Shown here piece by piece: positions 63,335 through 64,000 of a DNA stretch of 64,000 nucleotides (position 1 is the stretch's first letter; the number at the start of each line of letters is the position of its first letter). Both the position numbers and the translations under genes were made by a program. The stretch comes from Octopus sinensis. Its lineage: Eukaryota. The stretch is taken from NCBI RefSeq assembly GCF_006345805.1, contig NC_043004.1:12028001-12092000 (forward strand), in the 5' to 3' direction. Below the pieces are notes generated by a model. The model worked only from the letters and a program-made list of their open reading frames with translations, made no database searches and was not told the origin of the DNA.

Positions 63335-63735
63335 TTAGATTCTTTTATTCTTTTACTTGTTTCAGTCATTTGACTATGGCCATGCTGGAGCACCACCTTT
63401 AGTCGAGAAAATCAACCCCGGGACTTATTCTTTGTAAGCCTAGTACTTATTCTATCAGTCTCTTTTGCCGAACCGCTAAATTACGGGAATGTAAACACAC
63501 CACCATCGGTTGTCAAGCGATAGTGGTGGGGGGACCAACACAGACACATACTCACACACGTGCATGCGCACACATACATACATACATATATACATATATA
63601 CAATGGGCTGCTTTCAGTTTCCGTCTACCAAATCCACTCACAAGGCTTTGGTCGGCCTGAAGCTATAGTACAGTGGGACTGTACCCAGAACCATGTGGTT
63701 GGTAGGCAAGCTACTTACCATACAGCCACTCCTGC
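63335..63735 (-). mobile_element. SINE family A, full length
   Basis: Reverse-complement head, microsatellite and tail. Confidence 0.87.
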
Positions 63736-64000
63736 ACACAACCATTTATTGGTGCAATACCATTTTACACCAGACTTTTATACCCACATCATAACACTCC
63801 CTCTACCTTGATATTATGCTACAACACCTCATTCTCGTAATTCCAATCCAGTCCTACGTAATGTGAGGTAGCAACGTTCCTCTTTGAGGCAAGGCACTGG
63901 TGCTTATCATTCTCTTATACATTATCGTTAATCCTTTATCGTTCAGATTATCCTGTCACATGATTAGCCTGTGTTTATTTATTCACATTTTTTTGAATTA

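Noticed and set aside
886-63811. The large majority of ORFs in the six-frame track (poly-Y/I, H/T, C/V, E/K, M, S/L peptides)
   Set aside because: They are translations of di- and trinucleotide microsatellites or SINE bodies; there is no domain-like sequence.

Overview
This window is AT-rich, microsatellite-saturated eukaryotic DNA. The SINE families look like those I recall from octopod (coleoid cephalopod) genomes; that assignment is an inference and was not searched. Nearly all ORFs in the six-frame track are artefacts of (CA)n/(TA)n/(CAT)n/(CTT)n repeats or of SINE bodies. Content I can support: (1) dozens of copies of about six tRNA-derived SINE-like families, three with clear target-site duplications; (2) hAT, Tc1/mariner and piggyBac-like MITEs with TIRs and TSDs; (3) decayed LINE fragments, namely two R4/Dong-type restriction-like endonuclease regions, one RTE reverse transcriptase piece and probable Penelope-like relics; (4) several minisatellites and long hairpins; (5) a few splice-bounded open segments that may be exons of an unidentified host gene, with the strand unresolved. 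The most unusual signal is a dispersed set of hammerhead-ribozyme-like motifs of the minimal, Penelope-associated type. One of them (1607-1657, minus strand) has all three stems and a reciprocally swapped G3:C8 core pair. There is also a candidate recursive-splicing or poison exon at 39173-39210. No CRISPR array, rRNA, intact tRNA gene or intact transposase/RT ORF was found.
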